From positions 4,409-68,408 of IMG/VR virus record IMGVR_UViG_3300012974_000008: DNA of 64,000 nt; one strand, given 5' to 3'. Positions 9,672 to 21,200 of the stretch are shown here, in pieces. The stretch comes from a virus. Lineage: Duplodnaviria > Caudoviricetes. Below the pieces are notes generated by a model. That model saw only the letters and a list, made by a program, of their open reading frames with translations. It did not search any database and was not told the DNA's origin. The stretch's first letter is position 1, and the number at the start of each line of letters is the position of its first letter. Position numbers and translations under genes: made by a program.

Positions 9672-10120
9672 TACCGGTCCTCGAGGGTTGGGCGATGATG
9701 GGCTCGGTCGCCGCGCTGCATGTAGATCAGCGCAGCGAGCATGACCGCGTAGGCGACGGCGCCGCCGGCGTAGATGGCGAGTCGCAGGTAGTCGCGGCCG
9801 GGGTAATAGCCGACGACCACCGATGCCGAGGATGTGGACACCGACAGGGACACCTGTATGAGCACCGCGGAAAGGAAGACGCTCTTGGCCATGAAGATCC
9901 ATCCAATCTGGTTCTTCCAGAACGGCGACCGTGCGGCGTAGAAGGCCGTGAATGTGATCACCAGGACGGTCATCACCACGAGCGATATGTTGCCCCACGC
10001 GCGCAGACTGTTACTGGGCAGAATGAACGCCAGGATGGCGACGACGAGCGCGGTATACCCTGCGACCCCTATAGCGGAGGAATGCCTGAGTATCGCCCGA
10101 CTTCGTTGTCGGAGACTCAT
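9671..10120 (-). CDS. Multi-pass membrane protein (lysis cassette)
   Basis: About 4 hydrophobic helices; GGAGG RBS. Confidence 0.75.
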   Translation of the reverse strand: MSLRQRSRAILRHSSAIGVAGYTALVVAILAFILPSNSLRAWGNISLVVMTVLVITFTAFYAARSPFWKNQIGWIFMAKSVFLSAVLIQVSLSVSTSSASVVVGYYPGRDYLRLAIYAGGAVAYAVMLAALIYMQRGDRAHHRPTLEDR

Positions 10121-10332
10121 GCCACCTCCCAAGCAGCTTGCAACATTTCGGTGAATCCGTTCTTCTCGAGGTGCGCGCGCCGGATCCGCTCGTTGTTGAT
10201 GCGGGTTTGCTCGGCATTGGCCTGAGCTATCTCCAGCTGCTTCTCCACTACCTTTTCGGCCTTCTCGTAACGGTCAACCTGACTCTTCGCGGCAGCCAGT
10301 TCGCGCCGGTCTCGGCGAAATGGTGACCTCAT
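10117..10332 (-). CDS. Small coiled-coil protein (lysis cassette)
   Basis: Overlapping start/stop with both neighbours; heptad-like sequence. Confidence 0.65.
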   Translation of the reverse strand: MRSPFRRDRRELAAAKSQVDRYEKAEKVVEKQLEIAQANAEQTRINNERIRRAHLEKNGFTEMLQAAWEVA

Positions 10333-10631
10333 GTCTCACGCATCCGATCCTCGTAGACGTCCCGGATCGATTGCAGGACATGGTCTGTCACTTGTGCACG
10401 TGCATTGTTCTCCGAGATTGTCTGCGCCTGCACGTGGTTGACCTCCGCGAGCTTCTCGATCAGCTTGTTGGCCTTCTCGAGGGCGCGATCCTTCTCGGCC
10501 ACGATCTCCTTGTGGCTCGGGCCCAGCACCAGCCAACCGCGAATGAAGCTGAGTGCATGGAGCCCGAACACCACGATCATGAAGGCAACGATGCCTACGT
10601 CGTTCCATGTGTCCGGGTTCCACGCGTTCAC
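10329..10631 (-). CDS. Membrane protein (lysis cassette)
   Basis: N-terminal TM helix VGIVAFMIVVFGLHALSFIRGWLV plus coiled coil. Confidence 0.7.
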   Translation of the reverse strand: MNAWNPDTWNDVGIVAFMIVVFGLHALSFIRGWLVLGPSHKEIVAEKDRALEKANKLIEKLAEVNHVQAQTISENNARAQVTDHVLQSIRDVYEDRMRET

Positions 10632-11035
10632 TCGAGCACGGGTGCCTTCTGGGCCTCAGCTGGCTGCTGGCCCTGCGTGAATGCGGAGGTGGTCGGGGTG
10701 TTGCCGGCCGCGGCACCGCCTGCAACGCCGCCGAGGATCGTGGAGATCAGCGGCATCCACACGTCGAGCTCGCCGCCGTGCAGGATCCCGTATCCGACGA
10801 GCACGGCCTGGCCGGCGGTGAGTAACGCATAGAACGCTGCACGGAAGGTGTTCACCCCACGCGCCATGAAGAAGGCGATCACCGGGCCGAGGATCGCGGT
10901 CACCAGACCCGACCAGAGCGAGGCTTCGTTGTCGGTCAGCGCGCCATTGGTGACGAGGAATGCCGTGAGGACGGGCAGGATCACATAGAGGAACGCTCTG
11001 AGGTCGGACCAGGATCGAATGGTAAACACGTTCAT
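10628..11035 (-). CDS. Holin
   Basis: Four short TM segments, directly downstream of the endolysin. Confidence 0.75.
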   Translation of the reverse strand: MNVFTIRSWSDLRAFLYVILPVLTAFLVTNGALTDNEASLWSGLVTAILGPVIAFFMARGVNTFRAAFYALLTAGQAVLVGYGILHGGELDVWMPLISTILGGVAGGAAAGNTPTTSAFTQGQQPAEAQKAPVLE

Positions 11036-11041
11036 GGTGAT

Positions 11042-11968
11042 TCAGCCCTTCGAGATGTCGGAGATGTCGATGTCGAGCTTGGCGGCGATGCGCTGCGAGA
11101 TCAGATTTGCCTCGCGGGCGTTGGCGTGAGCGGCGATGAGGAATCGGACGGGTGAGCCGAACTTTCCTTCGTCGAGCCGCGGGTCAGCGACCTCGCTGGT
11201 GTAGCCGTCGAAGACGAGCTCGTTCCAGATGTCCATGAGCATCGCACGCACGTAGGCGAGCTTCTTGCCGGCCTTGGCGAGATTCGCGTTGCCGGCGACG
11301 TTGTACAGGTCGGGATGTCGCAGCGGGCGGGGGCCCACCACTCGGTCGTCGGCATTCTTGGCTGCCTTGTCGATGTGGGCGTCGCCCATCTGGATTGCGG
11401 CGCCGACGATCTTGTTGACGTCGGTGTCAGAGATTGCGGCCATGGGACCGGCCTCCTCTTCCTTGGTTTGTTCGGTGATGAGGCGTCCGTTTCGGATGCG
11501 CCGATTGCAGAAGTCGATGAGCTTCTGTGATGCTCCTGTGCCGGAGCTGGTTCCCGCGTTGAGCTGGTAGTGCATTTCGTCGGCTCGCGACCAGTCGGCA
11601 CCCCAGAAGATGTTGCCCTCGAAGAGCTTGAGCCCCTCCCGGATCTTGGCCTTGCGCGCGTTCGGCATGACTCGCTGGCCCCAGGGGTACTGGGTGGCGT
11701 TGATGTCGACCGCGGTGCCACTGAGGTGATTGCTCGTCGCGACGTCGTTGGTGGCCGACCAACCCCAGTCGTCGGTGGGCTTGTACTTGTCGATGGGCTC
11801 GACGTTCTCGTGGTACCAGTGCAGCCACGCCTCGAGCACCGTGGCTGCATGGCCGGATCGAACGCGGAGCTTCATGCCGGCGACGGTGACAACCACCGTC
11901 TCGTCGGCGTTGCACATCCGCCAGCCGTTCTCCGACCAGTCGTGGCCGTAGATTCTGCGGAAACTCAT
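11042..11968 (-). CDS. Endolysin, M15-type (L-Ala-D-Glu-like) peptidase plus C-terminal domain
   Basis: DDWGW..SNHLSGTAVDIN..DEMHYQL zinc-peptidase motifs. Confidence 0.88.
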   Translation of the reverse strand: MSFRRIYGHDWSENGWRMCNADETVVVTVAGMKLRVRSGHAATVLEAWLHWYHENVEPIDKYKPTDDWGWSATNDVATSNHLSGTAVDINATQYPWGQRVMPNARKAKIREGLKLFEGNIFWGADWSRADEMHYQLNAGTSSGTGASQKLIDFCNRRIRNGRLITEQTKEEEAGPMAAISDTDVNKIVGAAIQMGDAHIDKAAKNADDRVVGPRPLRHPDLYNVAGNANLAKAGKKLAYVRAMLMDIWNELVFDGYTSEVADPRLDEGKFGSPVRFLIAAHANAREANLISQRIAAKLDIDISDISKG

Positions 11969-12606
11969 GATGGACTCCCGATGTGAGGATCGCCCACCTG
12001 GCGGGCGGCGGCGATGACCAGACGCATCTGCTCATCGGTGAAGTTGGCGAACGGTTCCTTCTTGACTGGCGCCGCGGGCACATCCGGCTTGGTCAGTGCG
12101 CCATAGCCTTTGGGGGTGATGTTCACGCACAGCAGGTCGGCACTCATCCACCAGTGCTCCACGCCGCTGAAGCGGGCGCTGTCAGAGACGTAGATGCGCT
12201 TCTTGTCGGTATCGATGCCCACCGCGGTGACGTAGTGCATGATCAGATCCCACGGGTAACCCGGTGGTCGGGTGTTTCCCTGGGCCCAGATGTTGATCGG
12301 CATCGCCCGCCGCGAATGGGCGATCGTGCCGACCGCGTGCTTCCAGAACAAGTCCTTCTGCGCCTGCGTCGGCGTGTTGCCCTGCATGTAGTGGGCGCCG
12401 TATGCCCGGCCGGTGCGGCGGGTCAGGACTGAGTTGATCTGCCTGACGTCGGCGGTGCCGTTGACATTCGTGCCGCACTCGCGCTCCATGAGCGCCTCGG
12501 TGACAGTGATGCCGTATGTGGAAAGGACCACCTTGGCCGTTGACGGGCCGCAGGTGTAACCCTTCTGCTGAGCATGGTAGGTGTGTGGCAGGATGACAAC
12601 ACCCAT
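11965..12606 (-). CDS. Endolysin component, C39-like cysteine peptidase
   Basis: QQKGYTCGPSTAKVVLS (Gln/Cys), HYVTAVGID, YVSDS; 4-bp overlap with the M15 lysin. Confidence 0.85.
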   Translation of the reverse strand: MGVVILPHTYHAQQKGYTCGPSTAKVVLSTYGITVTEALMERECGTNVNGTADVRQINSVLTRRTGRAYGAHYMQGNTPTQAQKDLFWKHAVGTIAHSRRAMPINIWAQGNTRPPGYPWDLIMHYVTAVGIDTDKKRIYVSDSARFSGVEHWWMSADLLCVNITPKGYGALTKPDVPAAPVKKEPFANFTDEQMRLVIAAARQVGDPHIGSPS

Positions 12607-12641
12607 AGTATCTTCTCCCTAATTGTACACTAGAAACATGT

Positions 12642-14330
12642 CTAGAAGATCTCGAGACCCAGGTCTGCGCCGGTATCGGTAGCAAGGTCCTTGATCATTC
12701 CGAATGCGGTGGCCAGCTTTCGGTGGGCCTTGACACCGTCGGACTCTTCGGCAGCCCCATCACCGATCTGCATTTCCCATACCGCGCGTTCATCACGGGC
12801 GTCTCGGAAGGTGGCCTTTGTCAGATAATCGGTCCAAATGGTCTTGTCCAGTTCGAATCCGACAATCTCACCAATAGTGAGGTCGACGCCGAAAACGAAC
12901 GGTGCAGCATCACGAACACGAATGACCTTCGAGGTGTATCCGCGGGTATCGAAAACGCCCTGCTGGCCTTCCATGAGCCCCGAGACCGTATAGGCGCTCG
13001 ACCCATTGGCGAATACCCGCTCGTGCTTCAGGTATGGCCCTGCGCGCTTGGCTCGTCCAGCATCGGTGAATCGTTGCCAGGCCATGAATACGTCTGACAG
13101 CTGACCCTGGTACAGCGCGGAGAGGCCACCGACACCCAGGTATGTGCCGGCAAAGTTCAGAAGCTGCTGAATTCCGATCTCGATGGCCGAGTTCATCCAG
13201 CCGGGCGAGCGGCCACCGATGATGATGTCCCGGGCCATCGGCTTGTGGACATCCACTCGACCGTCGATGATGCCGGTGTACTCGCCGTCGAGCCAGATCG
13301 CCTTGGGCCGGGCCTGCTTGAATCCGAGCAGGTTGGTGATCGTCCCGAGGGCGTCGTCACGCACCAGGTCGCCGGTGTGTCCCGACTGGTCAGGATTCTT
13401 GGACAGGATCTGGGTGATGCCGTCGTCGAGCAGCTCGGTGATCCACCACATCACACCGTCGATGACGGTACCCGTGGGCCCGGTGACACCGGTGTGGTCT
13501 TCGATGTCGAGCACGATCGTCGGCCGGTCGAGCTGGACGAACTTCCCGAGCGGCTGCGGGTGCTCGCCCGGGATGAACAGCTTCGCCGTCAGCGACAGAC
13601 CCGAGTCCTTGAGCACCTGCTCGAAGAGTTCGTCGCCCATCTGCATACGCGCGGAAACAGCACACCACTTCGAGGTGTCCTTGAGCGTATTGACCGGTGC
13701 CACGGCGACCGGGAAGTTCGCATTCCGAACATTGAACCAGGCTCCAGGATCAAAGAGCTCGGTGAGTGCGGGAATGCGCCAGAGAGGAAGTTGAATCCGA
13801 AGTAGATTCGCCTTATAGAATGTCTTGATGACGGTATGAGCAGGTCCTATACCGAACATCCTCTTGGGGAATTGCGCAATCAGCGGCGCGAACGGCGACG
13901 GCCACATAGCAACCGACGAGCACCAATCCCAATCGTGAATGGCGTTGATTTCAATGGTCTCAACACCATCTTCATCGAGCACGATCGCCGCTTCAGTAAC
14001 CTGCCCGGTCCACTGGGCACCTAGGGTGTCAACAATGATCGGAACAACAGCATCGGCGCCATCGGGATTACTGAACAAGTGGTCGCGCAGTTCAGAATCG
14101 CCCGGCAATGACATTGTCAGACCGCCGGCAGCATTACGCTCAAACGAGAACTCGATGTCGATGTAATCGTTACCGTATCCGGCGAGCTGATACACCTTGT
14201 CCATGACTCGGACGGTGACATTCCGCTCGTCCTGCATGGTGCGGCGTTCATCTTCGACCGCGGTATCCATGTACGCCGCGGCCTTGAACGGATTCCAGCC
14301 TGAGGCGACACTACTGGGCGTTTCAACCAT
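12642..14330 (-). CDS. Minor tail protein (Gp37-like hub)
   Basis: 562 aa directly after the Dit gene; WPSPFAP..QFPK, PFVFGVDLTIG motifs. Confidence 0.8.
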   Translation of the reverse strand: MVETPSSVASGWNPFKAAAYMDTAVEDERRTMQDERNVTVRVMDKVYQLAGYGNDYIDIEFSFERNAAGGLTMSLPGDSELRDHLFSNPDGADAVVPIIVDTLGAQWTGQVTEAAIVLDEDGVETIEINAIHDWDWCSSVAMWPSPFAPLIAQFPKRMFGIGPAHTVIKTFYKANLLRIQLPLWRIPALTELFDPGAWFNVRNANFPVAVAPVNTLKDTSKWCAVSARMQMGDELFEQVLKDSGLSLTAKLFIPGEHPQPLGKFVQLDRPTIVLDIEDHTGVTGPTGTVIDGVMWWITELLDDGITQILSKNPDQSGHTGDLVRDDALGTITNLLGFKQARPKAIWLDGEYTGIIDGRVDVHKPMARDIIIGGRSPGWMNSAIEIGIQQLLNFAGTYLGVGGLSALYQGQLSDVFMAWQRFTDAGRAKRAGPYLKHERVFANGSSAYTVSGLMEGQQGVFDTRGYTSKVIRVRDAAPFVFGVDLTIGEIVGFELDKTIWTDYLTKATFRDARDERAVWEMQIGDGAAEESDGVKAHRKLATAFGMIKDLATDTGADLGLEIF

Positions 14331-14348
14331 ATTGTGTCCAGCTGTCTA

Positions 14349-15230
14349 TTAGAAAGGACGGTAATGGCGTGGGAATACCTGCGCCATCACTTGTGAATTC
14401 GGAGTTCCACCCTCGACTGCCACCTTGATCCGATTGATGGAATTCGGCTCGAGGTGGTTGGAGAACCGCTTGGTCCCCCAGCCCTTCCATGCGGTACGTC
14501 CGTCAATGCCGGTCGTGGAGTCATAGACCCGCAGTGACAGCTTCTCCCGGTGGGTCTTGAGCTTGAGCGTCTGCCCCTCCCTGATGGGCGTGAGCGGGAT
14601 CATCTCTCCACCGGGGCCATCCTGGATCGAGTAGGTGCCGGGCCCGGGCATGACGTACTCGGGGTAGGCGATGTGGTCGGCAGGGTTCTTGATCAGGATC
14701 GATCCGTTGCCCGTGCCGGCCTTGTTCTCCCAGTGCCCAAATTCCATGGCCGAGCGGTACATTGCGTCGTCGGCGGCAATCGTCATGTCGTAGTCACACG
14801 ACCGCATCAACGCCGGGTCCTTACCCCACTTGGGCTCAACGTTGCCGACCAGGCGGACCTGGATCCAGCGCCAGCCCATCTCTCGGGTGTAGAACGCCAG
14901 AACCCCGGGGATGCGCGTCGACCACCCGTTCCACCACTTGTTGTTGATCTGGTGGAAGCCGCGAATCGAGCTGGATGCGATCTGCACCTCGAAGTCGATC
15001 TCGCGGCGGGCGATGACCGTACCCTCGTATCGGGCACCGTCCTGTCGCGCACCCTCGGTCCACAGCAGCTCGGTGTCGATCATGTAGAGCTTGCTGGGCT
15101 CGACACCGAGCGTGGCCCCCTCCCGGCCCTGACCGAACCCGGAGAGGTGCCACACGTTGCCGTGGATGTCGTAGTAGATGACCTTCGTGCGGCGGTCACG
15201 CAGGAACATCTCAGTTTTGAAATCCTGCAT
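14349..15230 (-). CDS. Distal tail (Dit-like) protein
   Basis: 293 aa immediately downstream of the tape measure. Confidence 0.8.
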   Translation of the reverse strand: MQDFKTEMFLRDRRTKVIYYDIHGNVWHLSGFGQGREGATLGVEPSKLYMIDTELLWTEGARQDGARYEGTVIARREIDFEVQIASSSIRGFHQINNKWWNGWSTRIPGVLAFYTREMGWRWIQVRLVGNVEPKWGKDPALMRSCDYDMTIAADDAMYRSAMEFGHWENKAGTGNGSILIKNPADHIAYPEYVMPGPGTYSIQDGPGGEMIPLTPIREGQTLKLKTHREKLSLRVYDSTTGIDGRTAWKGWGTKRFSNHLEPNSINRIKVAVEGGTPNSQVMAQVFPRHYRPF

Positions 15231-15233
15231 GGG

Positions 15234-18200
15234 TCACCGCCTCACGACACGCGAGTTGGAGCGCGCCGCGCGCTTGGTTCGACGATCCATTTCCCTGAAC
15301 GCTCCACTAAGGTCGGTGGTGTTGATGTTGACCGTGCCGGCGATCTGTCCGGCACCCGAGTTCGCGGCCCCGCCAGCGCCTGCAGCCACGACGGTCTCGG
15401 CCATTCCGGCCCAGTTGTCGCCGGCCCACTTGCGCCACTCGTCTTCGGACTCCCGGCGCCATTGAGCACCCGGGTTTTCCTGCATGGTGGCGAGCATCGC
15501 CTGGGTGCCCTTGGAGGTGCCCGGCATCTCCGACATGCCGGCGATCTTCTCGCGGGCCTCGCGTTCGATGGCGGCAGCCTCGTCGTGCTTGCCCTGTGCG
15601 CGAAGCTCATTGATCTTCTGAGCCTGATCGCTCTTGTAGAGATTGAGCTCATCCTGACGCTTCTTGGCGTCCTGGATCTGGGTGTTCATCAGCTTGTCGT
15701 TGCCGATTCGCTGAATTGCCCCGGGCTGTGCGAGCGCGTGTCCGAGTTGGCCGAGCAGCTTGCCCTTCTTGAACACGTCACTCATCGGGCCGGTGTATTC
15801 ATCGACCCAATCCGACTGTGCGCCAAGTTCGTCCGCGTTGTTCTCGAACGTGAACGTGTCATCCTGGTCGGACTGGTTGAGCTCGTAACGCTCGGCGTCT
15901 AGACCGTAGAAGGGCTTACCGGTCTCGGGGTCGACGTAGAGGCCACGCTCGTCCTTGGCGATCGGCTTGCCGGTGGCTGGGTCGACCTCGAAGGGCTTGC
16001 TCGTCTTCGGGTCGATCGGCACGCCGGTGTTCTGGTCGGTCTCGTAGGGCTGACCGGTCTCGGGATTGACCTTCGCGGGCGTGTACTCGATGGCCGGCTT
16101 GGTGGTGGCCGAGTTCTGCGCCTTCTCGCCGATGGTTCCGTAGAAGGGCTTACCGGTCTCCGGGTCGATGTAGAGGCCGCGGTCGTCGGTCGTGATTGCC
16201 TGCTGGGTAACCGGATCGACGGTGAACTTCGTCCCGGTCTTCGGGTCGATCGGGACACCGGTCTCCGGGTCAACCTCGTACGGCTGACTGGTCTCAGGGT
16301 CAATCTTAGCCGGGGCGAACTCGATCGGCGAGGCCTTCTCCTCGACGACCTCCTCGTCCTTGGGCTCCTCCGGCGGGGTGTAACGCAGCTTCTCCGGCGT
16401 CGGGGTTGCCCCCATAGCCACCGGGGTCGGCTGTGCGGTCAGTGCGCGGAACATCTCCGGCTTGGTCAGCGCGCGGACGAGCTTGTCGACCAGCAGCCAT
16501 TCCTTGTTGGTGAAGACCGCCTCGGGCTTGCCTGAGGTGTTCCAGCCGAGGGTGTTGTTCTCCCACATTCCACCGCGGTCGTAGCCGTGACCCTTGCCCC
16601 ACATGGTGCCGAGGTCATCGCCGTATTCACGACGGTAGTAGCGCAGCGAGGCGTTCATGTTCGACCATGCGTCGAATCGGTCGTTCGGCAGCGACGGGTC
16701 GCGGTGTGCCTCATAGGTGCCCGGGGTCATCTGCAGCAGACCGCCGGCCTCATTGCCTCCACTGTTGACGTCGATAACCGTCTGGATGGCCTTCTCGTTG
16801 CCGCTTGATTCCGACTGGATCTGCGACAGCATCAGGTCCTGGTTGCGGCGCGAGGGATCAAATCCGTTGCGGCGCAGGGCTGCGATGACCATCGGACGCC
16901 AGCGTTCGACACTGCCACCTGGTGCTACTGCGGGACCGCTGTACATGCCCGACATCTGGGCGAGGTTGACGGCCTGGCTCTCGATCTGCTTGCTCAGTGA
17001 GCCGAAGATGAGACCGGGCAGCTGACCCATCATGCCCGGGAACTTCTTCGCCGAGATCTTCTGCTGCACTTCGGCCTTCATCGGCTTGAGCAGATCCTTG
17101 ACCATGTCCGCCGGGGACTGCATCGGGGCCCCGGGTGCGCCACCTCCAGCCATGGACACCAGGCGACCGGCGAACGAACGCATCGCAGCCATCGCCCAGT
17201 GGACGTGGTCGTAGTGGTCGGCGTCGGTACCGGCACCGTAGTTCAGCGGCCGGCCGGCCTTGAGGTTCTGCCATCCGCCCAGGGGTGCGTGGATGAGCTC
17301 CTCGACCGGCTGGGTCTTGTTGAGCTGGTAGATCCACCGCGCGATCTGGGGCATGGGGCCGGTCAGGTCGAGGGCGCGCTGGCCCATGTGGTTGTCGAAG
17401 CCGCTGCCGACGTCGGCGTAGCGTGTGCCTGATACGAGGTTGACGTTCGGGAACGCGGTCCTGACGGCGTCCCACATCACTCGCTGGATCGGCGAGGTGA
17501 TCTCGGCGCCGCCCTGGATGTGACCGCCGCTGATCGTGCCGCCGCGGGCAAATCGCCCGAACACCCCGCCGTTGGCGTAGTGGGCCGGATTGCCCTTGAC
17601 CGGGTGCAGTCGACCCTCGCGGGCATCCTTGTTGATCTGGTCGATCGCCCGCGCACCACCCATGGCGCGAACAGCCTCGGGACGGATGATGCCCTCACCG
17701 CCGCCCAGGTGTAGTTCCCCGAGGGTCGGCGAGTAGAACGTGTGGATGTCGACGCCTGGGGTGTTCCCGGGCAGCACACCACCGCGGGCGAACTTGGCGG
17801 TGTACCGCGGCATCGGCTTGGAGCCGATGAGATCCGATACCGAGTTCCACATGCCAACGAGCCCGTCGTTGAACACGGTGTTGATGGTGAATCGGACCGG
17901 ATCTGCTGTTGCAGACCGGATTCCATCCCACTGGGTGGCGATGGCCGGCACCGCGATACCGAAGGCGGACTGCACGTTGCGCAGCCCCTCCTTCACGCCG
18001 GTGAAGGCCGGGTCGATCGTGCCGGTCTTGGCAGCCAGGATTCGAGAGGTGAGGTTCAGCCAGGTGGGCTCGATGATCGCAGCCGCGGCCGGGAAGTGGG
18101 CCGTCAGATCGTCCAGGCGCGTGCCCACGCCGGCGAACATCGGGTCGATGATTGACTGCTTGGCGGTGTTGAGTAGGTTCGCCATGTTGAGCCACGCCGG

Positions 18201-21200
18201 GGTGACTCGAGTCTGGGCGATCAGGGGGAACTGGATGCCCATCTGCGTGATGGCCGAGTTGACCGAACTCAGGGCTGGCTGGATGAAGTTCGCCGCCGTC
18301 GAGGCGAGCGTGGATCCGAACTGCTTCCACGCCGGGAGTGCGCCGTCGATTGCCTGGCCGAATGCACCGCCCAGACCCATGACACCGTTGGCCATCGATC
18401 CGAACGGGTTGCCCACTGCGCCAAGGCCAAACGAGCCGGACTTTCGACCGGCGAGGCTGCCACCGGCGGCGAAACCGCGGAGCTTGCCCGAATTGATCGC
18501 GGCCAGCAGCCAATCCCACTCTTCAGACGACCGGGAGTTGATGACCCACTCGCCGCCATCGACGCGGGCCTGAGGCATGCCGTCGGGTCCAACAGCGAGG
18601 AAGCCGTCTCGACGCTCGGTGCCGGGTCCGCTGGTCGGCATCCGACCACCCAGGCCAAGCATCGGCAGCCGCCCACCGAGGTAGCGCTGCTTGAGGACCT
18701 TGCTGTAGTCGTCGCGCTTCTTCTGGACGAACCCGTCGCCCTTGGGTACCCACTCCCAACCACGCGCGGCTGCGTATCCGGTCTTGGGGTTCTTGACGTA
18801 TCCGAGCTGGCCGTCTGCACGACGGTGCGCGCCGGCCGGGACGTCCCCCGCGCGAGTCGGTGCCGGAGCAGGGGCGGGTGCCGGTGCGGGCTCGGCTGCC
18901 GCAGGGGCAGGCTTGTTAGCCGGCTTGTTGGCGCCGGGTGCAGGCTGGTCGCCGTCACGCATCCAGCCCGGGAGTTCGATACCGGTGTCGTTGTCGAATG
19001 GGTCGGTGACCGGCGACTTGTCCTCGGGCTTGCCGGTGAACGCACCGCCCTGCAGCAGAACCCAGTTGCGTGGGTCAATGATCTCGGTCGCCTCGAGGAC
19101 GTCCCGGCGCAGCTGATCGAGCTCCAGACGGGCCGTCGCCGCCGCGGGGTGGCCGGCCAGCTCATCAAGGAGTTGGATTGCGCCGCCCTGGTTGTCGATG
19201 AGCGACTGATGGAGCAGGGTGGCCCACGGCTCGCTCTTGTACTGATCGAGCACGCCGAGCAGGCGGCGGGCGTCAGCTTCCTTGAGCTTGAATGTGTCGG
19301 TGTCGAGATCGACGGTCGCCGAAGACTTGACGGTGTTCCAGGTGGTGAGCATCGCCTGGAGTCGCTGGAAGTCCTCGAACGACTCCTCGGTGTCGAACTT
19401 GACCGCCCACTGCTTGCCTTCGATGTGCTCGAGCTGAGCGCCGGTGGCCTCGAGGGCTTCGTAGGCCTCGGTGGAGTTGATCTCGATCTGGCCCTCGATC
19501 GGCTTGCCCTGGTTATGCAAGCTCTGGAGCATCAGGCTGATCGCACCGAGGTCTCGACTCACCGGATCGGCGTTCTCCAACACCACCACCGAGGTGACCT
19601 GATCCGGCGTGGAGAACATCTTCGTGAGGAGGTCATCCATGGTGCTGTCGGCGACGCCCATGCTGCCACCGAGGGTCCGAATTGCGCTGTCGTAGTTGGC
19701 CCAGAGCTGCTTGAGCTTCTCCGGGTCCACGTTCTGCATCTGCGCTTCAGCGACAGCCTGCTGACCCTCCATGATGGACTGATTCAGGGTGCGCGCGTTG
19801 GCACTGTTTGCGACGTCGAGCACCCCGTTGTCGAAGAGCTCGGCGCCCATCCCGCCCTTCGGGTCGACCTGTTCGACCTTCTTGCGGATCTCGTCGATCG
19901 TCTCGCCGTACTTGGCGAGGGCCTCCTGCTGCTCGTTGCCTGGGATCAGCGAATCGAACGCGCGACGCAGGGCGTCGAACTTGTCTGCGGTGGATGAGGA
20001 CGAGTCGCCGAGGGTGTCCAGGGCGTCAACGAGATCGAGGTAGCCCGGAGTGAGATCGCGGACCAGTCTGGCCTCGTCCTGGATCTGCCCGCGGCGCTCG
20101 GCGATGATGTCCGCGAGCTGCTTTCCGGTCTCGCCGTTCGCACGCAGCGTGCTGTCGTACTTGCGCCATTCCTGCTCGGTGCCGGCGACGGCGCGGGCGA
20201 GGTCTGAGGCGTCGTACTTCAGCTTCGCGAGCAGGTTGCGCTGAGCCTCTGCGGTCTTCTTGGCGTCAACCTTGGCGTCGAACTCGGTGGTGACCTGACG
20301 GGTCAGCCCCTGAGCCCTATCGGTGAGGAGGTACTTGTCAAGTGCGTTGGACCCGTTGACGACTCGGTTCACACGGTCGAGGAAGCTGGGCCCGCCATCC
20401 TTGGCGGTCCGCTCGATCTCGGTGAGCCGGGTCTCGAACTCCTCCTCGGTTGCAGTCAGAACCTGGGATCCGGTGTCGCCTCGAGATTCGCGGATGGCCT
20501 CGCGGATCTTGATGCCGGCCTTTTCCATGGCGACGCCGTACTTGCGCGCCGCCTCTTCGGCTTCCTTGATCTTTCGGCGATGGCTATCCCACAGCATGTA
20601 GCCGACCGCGAGGCCGGCGAAGGCAACACCCCAGCCGCCCCCGAGGAAGCTGAACAGCGACGACGCGGCACCTCGAACACCACCCATGACCGTGGACATT
20701 CGACCGGCGCTGTTGGCGGCGTTGTCCCACGACCTACCCAGTGCCTGAATCTTGCCGTTCTGGACACCGAATGCTTGCAGGCCCGAGCCCAGTCGGGTGG
20801 TCTGGCTGCTATACCTTTCCTTGCTCTTGGTTGCCGCATTCCAGCTGTCACGCAGACGCTGCGTCAGTGGGACGTGGCCCTCAACCTTGGGTCGCAGTCT
20901 GTCCATGGCGCGGCCGAGGCCACCCATGGTCATGTTGATGACCTTGAAGGCCAGATAAAGGCTGAGAAGCGTTCGTACGAAGGGAATGTGCTCGGAGATC
21001 AGCACGCCCAGGTTGGCTATCGCCTGGACGATGGGCCCGGTGACGTCGGCGATCAACCGGAACGCCGGAACGACGTCGTTGATGACGATCTGGACGAGCG
21101 CGCCGGCCAGGTTCAGTGCCGAGTGGAATGCCTCGCGCACGCCGGCGAAGTTTGATGCCAGCCTGGTGCCCGATTCGCCCTGGAGATCGGTGCGAACCTG

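Noticed and set aside
14550-15902. 450-aa plus-strand ORF
   Set aside because: Antisense to Dit and the tape measure C-terminus; no recognisable domain.
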